From an uncultured Rhizobiaceae bacterium (GTDB lineage Bacteria; Pseudomonadota; Alphaproteobacteria; Rhizobiales; Rhizobiaceae), in contig CATQIJ010000005.1 in NCBI GenBank assembly GCA_958296345.1, positions 72 to 64,071 of the forward strand: a stretch of 64,000 nucleotides of DNA. Direction: 5' to 3'. A program made the translations under genes and the position numbers. The notes under the pieces were generated by a model that saw only the letters and a list, made by a program, of their open reading frames with translations, had not been told where the DNA came from and did no database searches. Positions 35,692 to 44,478 of this stretch are shown here, in pieces. The stretch's first letter is position 1; every line of letters begins with the position of its first letter.

Positions 35692-36300
35692 TTAAGCTGC
35701 GACCGCGCCCATCCAACTTTCACGTGTAACGCGAAAATGGTCGACAATTTGATCTTTATTATAAACATCCGAAAAATGTGTTTCCTGTTTCCAGAAATTA
35801 CCACCACACTTTTCGATGACACGGCGTGACGCTTTGTTATCCGTCAAAACAGAAATCAATAGTGTTTCTTCACTACCTGCTTTGAAAAACAAATCAACAA
35901 TCGCGCGAGCAGCTTCCGTGGCATAACCTTTGCCCCAAAAATCTTCACCAATCCAATAACCAAGATGGGGAAGATCAAAACGGCGATTTACAAGATGAAT
36001 ACCACAAATACCGACCAATGTTCCCGATGTAGCATCGGTAATTGCAAAAACAACCTCACCTGCTTCAGGCTTTGAAACATTGTCAATGAACTCTTGGGCA
36101 TGTTTATCAAAATATGGGTAAGGCATAGATTCCAGCATACTAGAAATCTTACGATTATTGGCAAGCGTCGCAATATCCTGCACATCATCCTGATTTGGTG
36201 CACGCAGAACTAGGTTTTCCGTTGTCAAAATTTCGCAGGCAAAAGCAAGGCTTTGTGCTTCATTTCTTTCTTGTAGTGTCATGACCTTCTCCAAAAACAA
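35692..36300 (-). CDS. GNAT-family N-acetyltransferase (RimJ/RimL-like)
   Basis: 202 aa with IGYWIGEDFWGKGYATEAARAIVD (acetyl-CoA-binding region). Conserved position between rpmA and obg. Confidence 0.7.
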   Translation of the reverse strand: MFLEKVMTLQERNEAQSLAFACEILTTENLVLRAPNQDDVQDIATLANNRKISSMLESMPYPYFDKHAQEFIDNVSKPEAGEVVFAITDATSGTLVGICGIHLVNRRFDLPHLGYWIGEDFWGKGYATEAARAIVDLFFKAGSEETLLISVLTDNKASRRVIEKCGGNFWKQETHFSDVYNKDQIVDHFRVTRESWMGAVAA

Positions 36301-36385
36301 AAAGGGAGGCGGTGTCCCGTCTCCCCTTCCAATCTTGTAAAATCATACTGGCCGGGGTTGGAAACACCGGCTTAATGATAACCGG

Positions 36386-36652
36386 TTATTCAGCAGCTTC
36401 TGCTGGGACTACATTAATAAATGTTCGTCCATTAGCTTTGCGCTGGAATGATACTTTGCCGTTTACAACAGCAAAAATTGTGTGATCTTTGCCCATACCA
36501 ACATTAGCGCCAGGGTGCCACTTAGTGCCACGTTGACGTACAATGATGTTGCCTGAAACTACAGACTCATCACCAAATTTCTTAATGCCGAGGCGGCGAC
36601 CTGCAGAATCGCGACCGTTACGGGACGAACCACCAGCTTTTTTATGTGCCAT
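36386..36652 (-). CDS. rpmA: 50S ribosomal protein L27
   Basis: [24 protein letters not shown].. is the canonical L27 N-terminus. Confidence 0.95.
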   Translation of the reverse strand: MAHKKAGGSSRNGRDSAGRRLGIKKFGDESVVSGNIIVRQRGTKWHPGANVGMGKDHTIFAVVNGKVSFQRKANGRTFINVVPAEAAE

Positions 36653-36678
36653 TTTCTTGTCTCCTAAACGTTTGCGAC

Positions 36679-37332
36679 TTAACTAGTCTTTTCTTTTGCC
36701 TGAGCCTGCCAGTCTTCAATCTGTGCAGCACTAAATGGCATATATTCATCTACTCTTGCAATATCTGCTGCTGATAAGCTAGCAATTTGTGCAAATGTTG
36801 TGATGCCTTGCTCATTTAACTGAGTTTCAGCAACTGGACCGATACCCTTGATATCAGTAAGCTTGTCTTTATCACCAGTAGGTGCCGTAAACAATGGCTC
36901 ACCACTAGCTGGCGCAGCCGCTTTTGCTTCTTTCTTAGGTGCTTCCTTCTTAGGAGCAGCTTTTTCTTTAGCAGGTGCAGCCGACTTTGGCGCTGCTGCT
37001 TTTTTCGAAGCTTTTTTACCATCTGTCAGAATCTCAGCAATGCGAAGCATTGTATGATGCTGACGATGACCAATTGTACGACGTGAGTTTTGACGACGAC
37101 GCTTTTTAAAGGCAATAACCTTACGTGCACGTACTTGACCCATGATTTCAGCAGAAACCATAGCACCATCAACCAGTGGAGCACCGATTGTAGCGTCAGC
37201 ACCTTCGCCAACCATCAAAACTTCTGATAACTCAATAAAATCACCAACTTCGCCAGCGATTCTTTCAATTTTTAACGTATCCTCAGCGACAACGCGATAC
37301 TGCTTGCCACCGGTTTTTACGACTGCGAACAT
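36679..37332 (-). CDS. rplU: 50S ribosomal protein L21 with about 114-aa C-terminal extension (Lys/Ala/Pro-rich linker plus helix-hairpin-helix-like module)
   Basis: [14 protein letters not shown].. is a canonical L21 core of about 103 aa. It is followed by [29 protein letters not shown] and then [37 protein letters not shown]. Confidence 0.9.
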   Translation of the reverse strand: MFAVVKTGGKQYRVVAEDTLKIERIAGEVGDFIELSEVLMVGEGADATIGAPLVDGAMVSAEIMGQVRARKVIAFKKRRRQNSRRTIGHRQHHTMLRIAEILTDGKKASKKAAAPKSAAPAKEKAAPKKEAPKKEAKAAAPASGEPLFTAPTGDKDKLTDIKGIGPVAETQLNEQGITTFAQIASLSAADIARVDEYMPFSAAQIEDWQAQAKEKTS

Positions 37333-37457
37333 CTTGTTTCCTTCCAGTGTTCAACCAAGCTCTCACAGGAATAAATCACCTGCGGGCCATCTTTTTTCAG
37401 TCTTCCGACAGGGAATAACAAATAAAAGGCGCAGAGTTATCTACGCCATTTGGGGTG

Positions 37458-37487
37458 ATATAGACTCGATAGTCAGTGTAAGTCAAG
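37458..37487 (-). promoter_or_regulatory. candidate housekeeping promoter of rplU-rpmA
   Basis: The minus strand reads CTTGACT-N17-CTATAT (from 37487 down to 37458). This closely matches the CTTGAC-N17-CTATAT consensus described for Sinorhizobium housekeeping promoters. It lies about 120 nt upstream of the rplU ATG. Confidence 0.4.
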
Positions 37488-37540
37488 GATTTTAAGTAAT
37501 TTAAGCGTCCCAATTTTGGTAATGAGCAATAGCAATTCTT

Positions 37541-38344
37541 TTATAATGCACGGCCATAAAAACCTATTTGCTCTTCAGAGAAGAATTCGACACCTGGTTG
37601 CTCATAATAAGAATAAACTGCAATGACCCGCTCCCTGCCACCGATGATCTTAGTAACCCTATGAGGTGTGTTAATACCGCGAAACACATTTAATGTCCCT
37701 GGAGCTACATTAATTGAGCATTTCAAAGGGTCCAAACCCAACAATAACTTCTCTACGCCTTGGTAGTTTGGATTTTCATCACTTCGTAAGTCAGTACGAT
37801 ATTCAAACTCACCGCCAGCCTCTGGCGCTTGTAGCAATAGAGTTGTGGTGAATTCTGAACGATCAAAATGCCAGTTTAATGTCTCACCCTCTTTATAGGC
37901 CATAACATTTGCTCGCGCCAAAGCATCCTTCATCATATGCAATTGGGGTTTTCCCATCGCTAAGGCAATAAAATCAGCTAAGGGCTGCCATTCATAAATT
38001 CTAAGAACTGGATTTCCAATCAATTGATCAGCACAAAGCGTTCTATTTTTAGTTTGAACCTCAACCAAGGCTGGATGATCGCTACTCAGACCTTCAACCT
38101 CTTTTTTAAAGTAAATATTATGCATACGCTCGTGCTTAAAAGACTCTGACTCCATTTTAGGCGCAAGATCAGCAATAGCTTCATCAAGACATTCTGGCCG
38201 AACAAATTCATCCAGATTAAACATGCCATGGGTTTGAATATCTTCCTTACACCGCTCAACAAGGTTTTGGTACTTGTCACATTCAGGCAAATTTATAGGA
38301 TATCTATCCAAATCAAGAATCTGTTCCATTTTATTCTCCATCAA
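37541..38344 (-). CDS. Fe(II)/2-oxoglutarate-dependent oxygenase family protein
   Basis: 267 aa with an HxD...H...R arrangement (NWHFDRSEF; GINTPHRVTKIIGGRERVIAV). The substrate is unknown. Confidence 0.5.
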   Translation of the reverse strand: MMENKMEQILDLDRYPINLPECDKYQNLVERCKEDIQTHGMFNLDEFVRPECLDEAIADLAPKMESESFKHERMHNIYFKKEVEGLSSDHPALVEVQTKNRTLCADQLIGNPVLRIYEWQPLADFIALAMGKPQLHMMKDALARANVMAYKEGETLNWHFDRSEFTTTLLLQAPEAGGEFEYRTDLRSDENPNYQGVEKLLLGLDPLKCSINVAPGTLNVFRGINTPHRVTKIIGGRERVIAVYSYYEQPGVEFFSEEQIGFYGRAL

Positions 38345-38565
38345 ACCAATTGAACTAAAAAGTTACTGGTTTGCAACAAAGCTGATGCATTTTATCACGT
38401 AATAGCAAATATTCGCTCCAAAAAATTAGTAACCTATTGAAAATAATAAATTTATTACACCGTGTGACGTACTGCACACATTTTTGTGACCGCCCTTGGT
38501 ATCTTGTTTGTGTCGGAGGGGACCAAACGGCCCTTCAAATTAAACAAACGGAAGGCAACCATATT

Positions 38566-38916
38566 ATGAAAACTTTATTTAAAAAATCAGCACTTGCAGT
38601 ACTAGCAATCAACTTAGCAGCTCCAGTAGCTCTATCAACTTCAACAAACGCACAGGCAGGTAGCCGTGATGCATTTGTAGGCGGCCTAGTAGGCGGCGTA
38701 GTTGGCGGTGTAATTGGATCATCTCACTGTCGTCGTAGCCCAGATGTGGTATATGTTGAACCACGCCGCGTATACCGCGAACCTGCTTATGTTGGTCATG
38801 GTAGCCCACATATTAGATGGTGTCTAAACCACTACCGCAGCTACGTTATTCGTACCAATACCTATACTGCATTCAGTGGTCGCGTAAAATATTGCCACTC
38901 ACCTTACGCTTACTAA
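38566..38916 (+). CDS. BA14K-family secreted protein
   Basis: Signal peptide MKTLFKKSALAVLAINLAAPVALSTSTNAQA and the C-terminal BA14K signature HIRWCLNHYRSYVIRTNTYTAFSGRVKYCHSPY. The ORF-track start at 38437 would add an implausible leader. Confidence 0.7.
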   Translation: MKTLFKKSALAVLAINLAAPVALSTSTNAQAGSRDAFVGGLVGGVVGGVIGSSHCRRSPDVVYVEPRRVYREPAYVGHGSPHIRWCLNHYRSYVIRTNTYTAFSGRVKYCHSPYAY

Positions 38917-38938
38917 GATTATAAAATATTATAGCAAG

Positions 38939-38963
38939 AACCCAGCTTCCAAGCTGGGTTTTT
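38939..38963 (+). terminator. rho-independent terminator after the BA14K gene
   Basis: AACCCAGCTT-CC-AAGCTGGGTT followed by TTTTT. Confidence 0.6.
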
Positions 38964-39096
38964 CTTTGGTTCAAACACTCAAAGCAAAATTTTCAAACAA
39001 TTAACAAGAAACCGATTCGCTGTGAAAAAAAGTGAAAAAACTCTAAGAATCAACAGCAAATTTGCGTCAATCACCATAAATAAATAAATTCATGCC

Positions 39097-39114
39097 TGTG
39101 GATATTGTGGACAA
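39097..39114. promoter_or_regulatory. two abutting DnaA-box-like 9-mers
   Basis: TGTGGATAT (39097-39105) and TGTGGACAA (39106-39114). Each matches the reverse complement of TTATCCACA at 8 of 9 positions, arranged head-to-tail with no spacer. Confidence 0.25.
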
Positions 39115-39191
39115 CATTAATAACTAATATTTCCATGAATAATTGGAGGATTATGTTTGAAAAGTAGAGATCTTTTTGAAAATGTAAATTT

Positions 39192-39236
39192 GCGACAGGT
39201 GCTTTGATTGACAATCAATAACTCCACACCTGTCGC
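39192..39236. other. nested palindrome: 10-bp outer stem enclosing a perfect 15-bp palindrome TTGATTGACAATCAA
   Basis: Outer stem GCGACAGGTG (39192-39201) / CACCTGTCGC (39227-39236). Inner stem TTGATTG-A-CAATCAA (39204-39218). Confidence 0.4.
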
Positions 39237-39253
39237 AATGGCGCAAAACCCGC

Positions 39254-39285
39254 CGTCAGGTGAAGGCTGCAACCTTCACCTGACG
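39254..39285 (-). terminator. 13-bp perfect hairpin 28 nt downstream of the first mttB-family gene
   Basis: CGTCAGGTGAAGG-CTGCAA-CCTTCACCTGACG. On the minus strand it is followed by GCGGGTTTTG, so the U-run is short and displaced. Confidence 0.45.
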
Positions 39286-39312
39286 TTAAATGACTGCAAA
39301 TATACTGTGTAG

Positions 39313-40836
39313 TCAAGTGTCGAACAATATGTTCCATCGCTCGCGAATGGCTTTTTCTGTTGCCATATCGACATAATCATCAGTAGAGGAATTTAATATC
39401 TCACGAACTTTTTCACGCGCAACGCCCCAGGCATCAGGCGCATTATTATCGTTCCATTCGCGTGGCGTGTCCCGGTTTGCAAGTTTTGGATAACAATAAT
39501 CCCGCTCCATGGCACCCATCGTATGATTACCCCCCAGAAAATGCCCCTCGCCAGTTGTTACCACTTCCTTGATGGTTGCGACACCAAGCGTTTCTTCATT
39601 GACTTCAAAGCCCCTGATGGTGCGATGGACGTTGGAAAGCATTTCATTATCCAGCACAAAGGCCTCAAACGAGACACCCAAAAGCGAGGCCATCATGCCA
39701 GCACTTTCATAAATCATGTTTGCACCAGACAATCCGCAAGCCAATGCAGAAAGTGCTTTCTCTGCACCCATCTGCGCATCAACGGCTTTTGCATCCGCCA
39801 TGGATGAAGCAGCGCCGGTCGGAAGTCCAAGATGATTACCAATTTGAGCTGAAGCAGCATTCATCATAGAAATCTCACACCCAGACCCAACAAAAGCACC
39901 TGTGCGAAGATCAAGAACGAATGGCCAATTAGAAAAAATGGTTGGATGACCAGGTTTAAACAGGTTCACCAAAATCAGCCCTGCCAATGTCTCAGCCGTT
40001 GTTTGCGCCAACATCCCCGCAGGTGTTGCAGGTGCCGTTGCGCCTGATTGAGCAGCAATAATCGCATTAACTGGCATATTATGTTCAAGCGCTGCCAACA
40101 TCACGTCAACCGCATCTTCCCCATATCTAAGCGGTGAAATGACAGGCGAGATATGAACCTTACAAAATGGTCGTTCTTTGAACCTTCCTTCGCCGCCAAG
40201 CACCATGTCAAACATCTCAATTGCTGGATGAACATAATCCCCGATGGTAAAACTCGTACCAATCGGTTTGGATGTGCCTTTAACCAAGGCAAAAACCGTA
40301 TTCATATCAAGGTCGAAATTATCTGGAATATCCGTCGCAACACAACATCTCGTAAACCAATTGATGTTTTCAAGTTTATCAATCAGACGTGTGAAATTAT
40401 ATAAATCCTTGACTGTAGAAGGACGATATAAACCACTATCCATGTCGAGCGTTTGTACACCAGCACCACCTGTACCAAACCAGACCTTATCACCGCCTAC
40501 TTCAATATCATGTTTAGGATCACGTCCATGTAACGTGAAGGACTTACAAGCACCTGCAATAATATCTTCAACAAACGCGCGCGGATAAGAAAGCCTACCC
40601 AACTCATTGACAAGGCACCCTTGTGCAAGAGCTTGCTCCATCACGACCTCAGGCACCTCAGACATACCGATGTCTTCAAGAATTTCAAAAGCCGCGTTCA
40701 AAATATCTTGCAACTCTTTTTCATTGAGCGGCTTGTATTGGCCGCCCACTTGTCCAGGCGCTGCTGGTAAATGTTTTTGAATTGGTGCTTGCCGCATCGC
40801 AATGCGCCCTGCACGTCCACCACTTTGTCTCGCCAT
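39313..40836 (-). CDS. trimethylamine methyltransferase (MttB) superfamily protein, non-pyrrolysine type, copy 1
   Basis: Uninterrupted ORF with no in-frame TAG. The start MARQSGGRAGRIAMRQ at 40836 is preceded by GGAGGG. Family-like TIM-barrel core (..SPLRYGEDAVD..AAQSGATAPATPAG..GANMIYESAGM..LDNEM..). The ORF-track start at 40902 is probably too long. Confidence 0.8.
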   Translation of the reverse strand: MARQSGGRAGRIAMRQAPIQKHLPAAPGQVGGQYKPLNEKELQDILNAAFEILEDIGMSEVPEVVMEQALAQGCLVNELGRLSYPRAFVEDIIAGACKSFTLHGRDPKHDIEVGGDKVWFGTGGAGVQTLDMDSGLYRPSTVKDLYNFTRLIDKLENINWFTRCCVATDIPDNFDLDMNTVFALVKGTSKPIGTSFTIGDYVHPAIEMFDMVLGGEGRFKERPFCKVHISPVISPLRYGEDAVDVMLAALEHNMPVNAIIAAQSGATAPATPAGMLAQTTAETLAGLILVNLFKPGHPTIFSNWPFVLDLRTGAFVGSGCEISMMNAASAQIGNHLGLPTGAASSMADAKAVDAQMGAEKALSALACGLSGANMIYESAGMMASLLGVSFEAFVLDNEMLSNVHRTIRGFEVNEETLGVATIKEVVTTGEGHFLGGNHTMGAMERDYCYPKLANRDTPREWNDNNAPDAWGVAREKVREILNSSTDDYVDMATEKAIRERWNILFDT

Positions 40837-40937
40837 TTGACCCTCCAACTTCGCATCAATAATTACGCTTGGCAGGACATTGAACAAGCAATATAACGAC
40901 ACTTAAGATAAATCGATTTTTAACCTTAAGGAATTCG

Positions 40938-41909
40938 ATGAAAGGAAAAGGGCAAGGACGACTATCGTTCAGAGCAATTGAGGTCTTTGTTGCAGCAATT
41001 GAAGAGCGTTCAATCTCAAAAGCTGCAAAGCGTTTGGGGGCAAGCGCATCTGCAATTTCTCTCCAACTTTCCAATCTTGAAGAAATATTAGATGCACGTT
41101 TAATTGAAAGGTCATCCAGGCGGTTTCAATTGACCACCGCAGGAGAGCTTTTTGCACCTCGAGCAAAATCGATTCTTGATGAAGTCACAATTGCAAAAGC
41201 TGAAATGTCGAGTGCTAGTTATGCACCAAAAATGAATATTAGCATGGCAGTTATGGAGGATTTTGACAGTAAAGTTCTTCCTCATTGGATTGCTAAATTA
41301 CAAGGCGAGTTTCCCCAGTGCAAATTTACCATTAAAAGTGGTCCCAGCCATGAAAACCACGCAGCTCTTTCAAGCCGTGGTTTTGATATGATCATCGCAG
41401 CAGATAATACAACAGAAATTGACTGGATTGAAGAGCATCAAGTATTGCATGACCCATATATCCTAGTTGTTGCAGCACCTCAAAATGTAGATGCTTCGAT
41501 CGACGAACTTATGGAGCTACCTTTCATACGTTATTCACAAGAGCAACTGATGGGCAGGCAAATTGAAGCACAATTACGCAGAACTAAAAATATGCCTGCA
41601 AAGAAATATGAATGCTCTAGCACACAAGCCGTCTTCGCATTAGTTGAGCAATTCAACGGTTGGGTTATTACGACAGCATCAGCTTATTTAGGAGCAAACA
41701 AGAACAACTTATTTGGAAGCTCAATCCCACTCCCAAAATTCTCTAGAACAATTTCGCTATATTCCAGAAGGGATACGATGGGCGAAATTCCATTTAGATC
41801 TTCAGAACATCTAAGATCAAGTCTTGAAGAAGTTTTTCTAAGACGCGTTGAGAAGTCATTGCCCTTTCTCAAGGACACAGTAAGGCTTATCAATTCATCA
41901 GAAAATTAG
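40938..41909 (+). CDS. LysR-family transcriptional regulator, divergent from the mttB-family gene
   Basis: 323 aa with N-terminal wHTH FRAIEVFVAAIEERSISKAAKRLGASASAISLQLSNLE. Confidence 0.85.
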   Translation: MKGKGQGRLSFRAIEVFVAAIEERSISKAAKRLGASASAISLQLSNLEEILDARLIERSSRRFQLTTAGELFAPRAKSILDEVTIAKAEMSSASYAPKMNISMAVMEDFDSKVLPHWIAKLQGEFPQCKFTIKSGPSHENHAALSSRGFDMIIAADNTTEIDWIEEHQVLHDPYILVVAAPQNVDASIDELMELPFIRYSQEQLMGRQIEAQLRRTKNMPAKKYECSSTQAVFALVEQFNGWVITTASAYLGANKNNLFGSSIPLPKFSRTISLYSRRDTMGEIPFRSSEHLRSSLEEVFLRRVEKSLPFLKDTVRLINSSEN

Positions 41910-42018
41910 AAACATTAATTTAGTTTTCCTGAATTTATGCTTTGGAAGAAGCCATTCGTATTGACGCTTTTGCCATAACAATCAAAGCTCACATTACCTA
42001 AAATTGAGAGCTGGTAAA

Positions 42019-44431
42019 ATGAAAACACAAACAGACGTAGTAGTAATTGGTGGCGGCATTACAGTTGCTCAACAATTTATCACCTCACCCAAGAAGGTAT
42101 CACCGATTGTATGTTGCTTGAACGTGATGAATTAACCTCAGGCACAACATGGCATTCGGCAGCGCAGGTTACAAACTTTGACCCAAACCAAACCATGGTT
42201 GGTCTTAAGACCCATTCAATCAATCTTTATAAAGAACTTTCAGAAGATCCCTACTACCCAATCAACTACCACCACGCAACAGGCGGCCTTCGCCTTGCAA
42301 CCACGCAAGATCACATAGATGGCTACAATCACTTTCTATCAATGGCTAAAGGCATGGGCGTTGATTTTGAACTGATTGACCCTGAAGAATGCAAACGCCG
42401 TCATCCAATAATCTCTATGGATGGATTGTTAGGTGCTCTATGGGACCCCCTTGATGGCGATATAGACCCTGCACAACTTTGTCAGGCGCTTGCAAGACGT
42501 GCAAGAAAAGCAGGCGCAGAAGTGCATCGCTTCACACCTGTAACAGCCCTTACTCAAAAGCCAGACGACAGCTGGATTGTGCACACAGATAAAGGCGACA
42601 TTCACTGTCAGTCTGTCGTAAACGCTGGCGGTTATCGCTGTAACGAAGTCGGCAAAATGATGGGTGTGGAGCATCCTGTCGCGAGCATGGAACACCAGTA
42701 CATGTTGACCGAAAGCTTACCAGAAATTGAAGCCTTAGACGATGATTTTCGCTCACCGCTTATTCGCTGTCCGCAAGCCGACTTCTATCAGCGCGCAGAA
42801 AAAAGGCCTCCTCATCGGGTTTTACGAACAAGATTGTAAAACTTGGGGGCTAGATGGCATTGATCCTAATTTTGTAAATGCACTTTGCCTGATGACCTCG
42901 ACCGAGTTGTAGACGTCATGGAAGGCGCTTTCCACCGTATTCCATGTCTAGAAACTGCCGGCATTAAATCTATTATCAATGGTCCGATTACCTATACACC
43001 GGATGGCCTGCCGTTAGTCGGAAAAATCCCCGGCAAGCGCAACGCTTACTGCATCACTGGTCTGCGAGCAGGTCTTGGTGAAGGTGGTGGTCACGGCTGG
43101 CTACTCGCACAAATTATTGCTCATGGTGAAGCATGTTATGACACTTGGTGCCTAGACCCACGCCGCTTCACCCAATATGCAACACAAGAATTTACTGCGT
43201 TAAAGGCGATTGAAGATTATCAAAATGAATTTCGTTTTCACATGCCACACGAACATCGTCCTGCAGGGCGACTGGCAAAAGTAACACCACTTTATTCAAC
43301 ACTTAAGAATGCAGGTGCACACTTTGCTACCGTCAACGGCTGGGAGCGTCTTGATTATATAATGCCTTCGCCAGATTTTGAAGAAAACCTCTCATTCCAC
43401 TTCAACAATGTAGATGACCTAGTCGCCAAAGAAGTAGAACTTGTGCAAACAAAGGTTGGCCTAACAGAAGTCAATGGTTTTAACCGATATGAAATTACTG
43501 GCGAAGGCGCGCATGATTGGCTCGATAGCATCATGTGTTCACGCGTAACACGAAAAGTTGGCAAAGTAGGCTTAGCTTACTTCTTGAACCACCATGGCAA
43601 TGTCAAAGGTGAAGCGACAATAGCCAATCTTGAAGAAGGTAAATCTGGTACGGATCAGCCGCAGCTTCTGAATATCACGACATGGACTGGCTAACAGAAC
43701 ACCTACCAAATGATAGCGATATTAAAATCAAGAGCCTAACAAATGAACATACCATTCTCGTGTTAGCAGGCCCTAAATCTCGAGATGTACTCGCCAAAGC
43801 AGCTCCGCGTAGCGATGTATCGAAAGCTTCACTACCTTGGTTATCGGTTAAAACCATACACATTAGCCAAGCACCAGTGATTACAATGTCTGTTAGCTTC
43901 TCTGCAGAACTTGCTTACGAACTCCACATTCCTAACGCTTCGCTTTTACTCGTGCATGAGCTGATAATGGCAGCCGGTAAGGATGAAAGTATCAGTTACT
44001 TCGGCATGAGAGCTGTAGAAAGTATGCGCCTAGAAAAAGGCTACATGCACTGGAAAGCAGACCTCATCACAGAGTTCAACCCCTTCGAAATAGGCCTAGA
44101 CCGTTTCATCAAAATGGACAAAGACTTCATCGGCAAAGAAGCACTTGTCAAAATGCAGAATGAAGGCCTACGCCGCAAGCTTGTATGTCTTAAATTAAGC
44201 TCAAAAACAGCACCAGCGCATGGCGGCGACAGTGTTATACAAAACGGTAAAGTTGTAGGTACGATTACATCCACAGGATGGGGACATCGAGTAGGTAAAA
44301 ACCTAGCTTATGCATTTGTTGAACCAGAAGTTGAAACAGGTTTATCTGTTCTTATGTTAGGCAATGAAGTGGAAGCCGAAGTTTGTGAAATGGGCATTTA
44401 TGATTCAGAACACTTGAATGTCCGCCAGTAA
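42019..44431 (+). pseudogene. dimethylglycine/sarcosine dehydrogenase-type enzyme (FAD oxidoreductase + GcvT-like folate-binding domain), four 1-nt indels
   Basis: The start MKTQTDVVVIGGGI at 42019 runs into ORFs 42111..42839, 42885..43694 and 43682..44431, giving about 804 codons. Contains ERDELTSGTTWHSAAQV (covalent-FAD His context) and a C-terminal aminomethyltransferase fold (MRLEKGY..HWK). Indels at 42064, 42799-42804, 42888-42889 and 43644. Confidence 0.8.
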
Positions 44432-44447
44432 TAAAGCGGACATTCAA
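44414..44447 (+). terminator. 12-bp perfect hairpin spanning the stop codon of the DMGDH-type gene
   Basis: TTGAATGTCCGC-(10-nt loop containing the TAA)-GCGGACATTCAA. No T-run follows, so its function as a terminator is uncertain. Confidence 0.3.
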
Positions 44448-44478
44448 AAGTTGAGAACAATTAATAGGCTAATTTATA

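Noticed and set aside
36816-37057. ORFs 36816..37022 (-), 36848..37057 (+) and 37026..37211 (-) overlapping rplU.
   Set aside because: They are translations of the Lys/Ala-rich low-complexity linker of L21 in other frames or on the other strand, so they are composition artefacts.
38437-38565. The 43-codon N-terminal extension of the BA14K ORF given in the ORF track.
   Set aside because: The extension has no protein-like features. A canonical signal peptide begins at the ATG at 38566.
38955-38975. GGTTCAAAC, which resembles a tRNA T-loop.
   Set aside because: The flanking sequence cannot form acceptor or anticodon stems. It directly follows the BA14K terminator.
39097-39114. Possibility that the tandem DnaA-box-like 9-mers mark a replication origin.
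   Set aside because: There are only two imperfect boxes, no cluster, and no origin-associated genes (dnaA, hemE, parAB, etc.) in the window. I kept the site as a low-confidence binding site only.
39145-39167. GGAGG followed 3 nt later by a 4-codon mini-ORF (ATG TTT GAA AAG TAG), which looked like a leader peptide.
   Set aside because: No downstream gene exists on that strand for it to regulate. A single SD-ATG in AT-rich DNA is plausible by chance.
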